Of a stretch of DNA of 19,452 nt, positions 15,774 through 19,452 are shown in pieces (positions within the stretch are counted from its first letter, which is position 1; every line of letters begins with the position of its first letter). The position numbers and the translations under genes were made by a program. This DNA is from Vampirovibrionaceae bacterium NZW_1234 (GTDB lineage Bacteria; Cyanobacteriota; Vampirovibrionia; Vampirovibrionales; JAGQHJ01), in NCBI GenBank assembly GCA_041697335.1, contig JBGUGD010000029.1:1-19452 (forward strand), written 5' to 3'. The notes beneath the pieces are model-generated. The model saw nothing but the letters and a program-made list of their open reading frames with translations, searched no databases and was not told where the DNA came from.

Positions 15774-16889
15774 TCAGCCTGACTTTTTTAAACGGTTATC
15801 GGCTAAAAACTGTTGGTATTGAGCTAAAATTGCCTTTTTTAATTGCCCTTGCCTGGGGGCATCTGTCCGGCGAGGATGTGTTTTTAGCTCGGGGAGGTTT
15901 TTTAGCGTTGGCCCAGATACCACGCAATAGGACGGCAAGGTTGTCTTCAAACGAGTCGCATACTCATGTCGCTCCAACATGGGGACGTCATTACGACTGT
16001 CCCCAAAGACAAAAACGCCTTTTAACGTTTTCAAAATGGATTTTGGAAGACGCTTTTGAAGGAGAAAATCAATAATCGAGGCTTTGGAAATGGTATGTCC
16101 CTCAGGGGCCCCGAAATAATAGTCATAGAATCCGTGATCGGAATAGCGAAATGACAACGAACTTTTGTGCGCAACACGCGTTTCAATCTGTCGGGCAAGT
16201 GTCTGGCCAATGGCTTTGTAAACCGAGGCAAAAGCCGAATTTTCTTTTAAAACATACAATGCCGACTCATCCGGCACAATACTGATGGTGACGGGCAACC
16301 GTACAGAACGTTCAGGGGCTTGCTTGAGACCCAGGCGCTGCCAATTTTGGGCAGTAATGTGAACGGTCTTCTTTACAACCACATCCGTTTTAAGAGCAAA
16401 CGAAGGATACTCTGAGACCGGGATCCGCTGAAAACCAGCTTCAGACAACTGGTCAAAAATGCTCTTCATCACCTCGGCCTGATCCCATCGGGCCGTTTTT
16501 TGTAATTCTTTTTTCCAGGCCACATCCGCTTGGGCATGGGTCAATCCCTGCAACCACGTGACCGCCGGTTGCCGACCAGAATTTAAAAAGAGTTCCTTGC
16601 CATTGTCGACCGCCACAAAATCCAGGCGCATGGGTTTAAAATAGCGGGCAAAGGGTTTTAACGACGAGAGTCCTCGTCCGGTAATAATGCCAAACAGGCC
16701 ATTCTGAGAGACCGTTCGCATGGCCTCCTGGTTTTGCTTTAAATAGGAATGATTCACCCGATGATTGTAATCACGCCAGCGGACATACGTATCATCAAAA
16801 TCAGAGGCCACCAACAGAGCCGGGCTATTTCCGGTAAACCGACCAGGGGGGATGCGATGAAAAGGTGAACCTAGATTAAAGACTTGCAT
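15774..16889 (-). CDS. HAD-superfamily subfamily IIB hydrolase (sucrose-phosphate phosphatase-like)
   Basis: 371 aa. Motif I LLVASDFDDT, motif II IITGR, VAVDNGKEL, motif III ISK, motif IV FVFGDSRNDVPML. Confidence 0.85.
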   Translation of the reverse strand: MQVFNLGSPFHRIPPGRFTGNSPALLVASDFDDTYVRWRDYNHRVNHSYLKQNQEAMRTVSQNGLFGIITGRGLSSLKPFARYFKPMRLDFVAVDNGKELFLNSGRQPAVTWLQGLTHAQADVAWKKELQKTARWDQAEVMKSIFDQLSEAGFQRIPVSEYPSFALKTDVVVKKTVHITAQNWQRLGLKQAPERSVRLPVTISIVPDESALYVLKENSAFASVYKAIGQTLARQIETRVAHKSSLSFRYSDHGFYDYYFGAPEGHTISKASIIDFLLQKRLPKSILKTLKGVFVFGDSRNDVPMLERHEYATRLKTTLPSYCVVSGPTLKNLPELKTHPRRTDAPRQGQLKKAILAQYQQFLADNRLKKSG

Positions 16890-17054
16890 ACAGTCACCAC
16901 TCGTCTTTCTCGACGTTCAGGCTCGACATCCAGGGTCAAGCCCCCTGTCTCAGTCGTGATAAACCTGTTTGATATTAACCCAAAGGCACGCATTGGATGG
17001 CCTTCTGGGGCAAGATCGTTACATAGAGCATGGCCTGCCCATGGGATGAACCAT

Positions 17055-17070
17055 TTTTCCTAGAGGAAAA
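17055..17070. promoter_or_regulatory. Palindromic candidate operator in a divergent promoter region
   Basis: TTTTCCT-AG-AGGAAAA, overlapping the expected -35 position for TAGAAT at 17085-17090. Confidence 0.4.
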
Positions 17071-17161
17071 TAGGAAACTCTCCCTAGAATAAAACCACAG
17101 GCCCCGTGTTTTTCTTCAATCACAGATGATGAACAAGACCCCTACCGACAGGAATTGAGCT

Positions 17162-17932
17162 ATGAATGTCCAGCCCTACCCAATCTGTACGGTCACGTAC
17201 TACGCCCCACCCAGTGGAAGCCTTTATCCACAAAGCAGCATCCTGACACCTTCTTATCTTCCATTAACTCCAAATGGGCTTCTGCCCAATCCGGCGTCAC
17301 TTTTACCTTCACTCCCGCCGGGGCTCCCACCCATGCCTCTCTACCCCTCGTTTCCAATCTTTCCACCGTTACCACCCATACCAAACCATGCTTCACCATG
17401 GCCGCAATTGTCCAAAGCATCCTCCGGGTTTTCCTTGCTTCAGGCAGCAGGGCATTTATTAAAAGGCACCATTCTCGGGCCTCTTCAGAGCCTGTTCAGC
17501 CTTAATGGGCTGGTCACCGTGGGCGGTTGTGCGGCCCTCAGTTACCTTTTCCGGAGTAAACTCACACCGTGGCTTTTGGGCGCCAGTGTCATCAGTGGAG
17601 GCCTTCAACTGGCCAAAGGGCTCTTTCATGCCCTGGGCGGATTTTTTTCAGACCAACCCCAACGAGCCGAGGGGGCGTTTGAACACATCGGAGCCGGCCT
17701 GGCCTTGGGCTTGGCCGGACTCCTGGGGTACAAAAGCGGGCTCTTCGGGAAAAGCTCTGCTACGTTGATCAGCGCAAAAGCAGCAACGGCCTTCAAAAAT
17801 ACACTGCCGGCCTCACTCCGGCACGCTGCCAAAATGGTTCAAAAACATCGCACTCTCCCACCATCATCCGATCTCACCTTGAACAGCCTCTTCAAGTCAT
17901 TTGCGGGTGTATTTCGTCCTACAAACCCGTAA
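17162..17932 (+). CDS. Hypothetical membrane protein with Pro-rich N-terminus and Gly-rich hydrophobic helices
   Basis: 256 aa. About 80 aa P/L/S/Y-rich start, then three Gly-rich hydrophobic segments and a basic tail. AGGA upstream; terminator downstream. Confidence 0.8.
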   Translation: MNVQPYPICTVTYYAPPSGSLYPQSSILTPSYLPLTPNGLLPNPASLLPSLPPGLPPMPLYPSFPIFPPLPPIPNHASPWPQLSKASSGFSLLQAAGHLLKGTILGPLQSLFSLNGLVTVGGCAALSYLFRSKLTPWLLGASVISGGLQLAKGLFHALGGFFSDQPQRAEGAFEHIGAGLALGLAGLLGYKSGLFGKSSATLISAKAATAFKNTLPASLRHAAKMVQKHRTLPPSSDLTLNSLFKSFAGVFRPTNP

Positions 17933-18003
17933 TTTCAGGCTTCTTCAAAAAGTTACCTTTCATCTCTCATCTCATCCTTTCCAATCGTTCGCATTATCCA
18001 AAC

Positions 18004-18027
18004 GCCTCCATCCGGAGGCATTTTTTT
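18004..18027 (+). terminator. Intrinsic terminator
   Basis: GCCTCC-ATCC-GGAGGC followed by ATTTTTTT. Confidence 0.8.
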
Positions 18028-18140
18028 GTTCAAGTTTTTGTCCTCCCAACCGACAGCATCATTAACATGGGTTGGCGTGCGGTGGTCGTTGGCGTTACTG
18101 CCTCAATCCGCTTAAAAGCGGCGATACAAGGATATGGGTT

Positions 18141-19452
18141 ATGGTTTACGTCCTGGCACAGGACCATCAGGACCGATTAAAAGACATGGGTGGCAAGGCT
18201 AAAGCCTTGGCGCAACTTTCCAAAGCAGGTTTTCCCATTCCGGAGTGGTTTGTGCTTTCCCCTCAAGCCTTTTGGGATAGCCTCAGCACAGCTCAACACC
18301 AGGAGATAATATCTAACCCTACAGTTACCAGTACATCCGAATGGTGGCAGTCCGTTGCCTTGGCCCCATTGGTGGCCCAAGAGCTTGACGTGCGCCTCAA
18401 ACAGATGTGCCCATATGGAGAACTTGTGGCGGTCCGATCGTCCGCACTGGATGAAGATGGCCTTGAGCACTCCTTTGCCGGGCAATTAGCCAGTTATATG
18501 TTTGTGCCCCCTGCTTCGGTCACGGCAGCCATCATGGCGGTTTGGAAATCCGCATTTTCCGAGGGTGTGATGGCTTATCGTCAACAGCATGGGTTAGCCG
18601 GCCCTCCCAATGCACCCGCTGTTCTGATTCAACTGATGATCCCGGCACAGATGGCTGGGGTTGCCTTTAGCGTGAACCCCATGGATTCGGCAAGCCAGAA
18701 TGCCGTGGTGACAGCCACCTATGGGTTAGGCACGGCCCTGGTTTCCGGTGAAGCCAATGCGGACACCTACTTCGTCAGCCGTGATAACACCCTGATTTTA
18801 TCCGATATTGTTGCCAAAACCATGGCACATGTATACAACCCACATGCCCCCGATCGGATTGATCGTCACCCTGTTCCAGAACCTCAAGCCAGTCAAGCCT
18901 GCCTGCCTCAGGCCACTGTGGTTTACCTGGCACAGCTGGCCCGCGCATGTGAACAATTTTTTGGGGTTCCCCAGGATATTGAGTGGGCCTGTTTTAACGG
19001 GCAAGTGTATCTTCTGCAAAGCCGTCCGATTACTCGTCTAACAAGCGCCGAAACAGGTATGGTACAGGTTTGGGACAATCACGAATTGGAAGAATTCTGG
19101 AGCGGTATCACCCTACCTCTCACCTTTTCCATTGCCCAACGATTCTATGAGTTAATGTACCAACAATTATGCCTGGACCTGGGGGTTCGCCCCTCCATAC
19201 GCGTCACTCTGACCCGGACCATGGGGTCGCTGTTGGGCCATGTCAAGGGTCGAGTGTATTTTAACGTCCTCAATACCCAAGCCATCTGGGAGCACATTCC
19301 CGGAAACGAAATCTACGAAGCCATGCTCAACGAAATGGTCGATCTCGACACCCAGGCCCCACCGGTCAAAGATCGAGTGAAACGGTTTGTGGAACTGGGT
19401 CGGGCTTGGTGGCAGCAATGGCGGTTCTATCGACAGCTTCCCCACCAGCTCC
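18141..19452 (+). CDS. PEP/pyruvate-binding (PPDK_N ATP-grasp) domain protein, RPH/PigC-like architecture (partial, runs off the window end)
   Basis: Manual translation from ATG 18141 (AAGGA RBS): MGGKAKAL, GFPIP, VAVRSSALDEDGLEHSFAGQ, AVLIQLMI, GVAFSVNP, YGLGTALVSG, PQDIEWA, YLLQSRPIT, then VWDNHELEEFWSGITLPLTFS...GRVYFN. No stop before the window end. Confidence 0.92.
   Translation, partial: MVYVLAQDHQDRLKDMGGKAKALAQLSKAGFPIPEWFVLSPQAFWDSLSTAQHQEIISNPTVTSTSEWWQSVALAPLVAQELDVRLKQMCPYGELVAVRSSALDEDGLEHSFAGQLASYMFVPPASVTAAIMAVWKSAFSEGVMAYRQQHGLAGPPNAPAVLIQLMIPAQMAGVAFSVNPMDSASQNAVVTATYGLGTALVSGEANADTYFVSRDNTLILSDIVAKTMAHVYNPHAPDRIDRHPVPEPQASQACLPQATVVYLAQLARACEQFFGVPQDIEWACFNGQVYLLQSRPITRLTSAETGMVQVWDNHELEEFWSGITLPLTFSIAQRFYELMYQQLCLDLGVRPSIRVTLTRTMGSLLGHVKGRVYFNVLNTQAIWEHIPGNEIYEAMLNEMVDLDTQAPPVKDRVKRFVELGRAWWQQWRFYRQLPHQL

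Noticed and set aside
17224..17232. Perfect DnaA box TTATCCACA
   Set aside because: Single copy inside a CDS, with no box cluster or AT-rich unwinding element; not evidence of oriC.

Overview
Bacterial chromosomal window. Cyanobacteria-like housekeeping proteins, no photosynthesis genes and no GCGATCGC (HIP1) copies noticed suggest a non-photosynthetic cyanobacterial relative (Vampirovibrionia/Melainabacteria); this is inference. Core content: a contiguous smc-scpA-scpB condensin operon (minus strand) with archaeal/cyanobacterial-type signatures, and tyrS. Accessory content: a partial low-complexity N/G/Q/S/Y/P-rich protein missed by the ORF track (1..567), a small membrane protein, a degenerate SpsF-like cytidylyltransferase fused to a SAM methyltransferase, two tandem secreted VirB10/TrbI-like glycine-zipper proteins, a C39-like cysteine peptidase, a 66-aa orphan with its own repeat-containing promoter and terminator, a stand-alone 42-aa-period TPR protein, a HAD-IIB phosphatase, a Pro-rich membrane protein, and a partial PPDK_N/RPH-PigC-like enzyme (also missed by the track). 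The most notable unexplained signals are a 14-bp-period repeat array in the smc leader, a repeat cluster downstream of scpB, helically phased repeats upstream of the 66-aa gene, and a shared N-terminal RF[S/T][A/G] motif on two unrelated enzymes. No rRNA, tRNA, CRISPR array or transposase was recognised.
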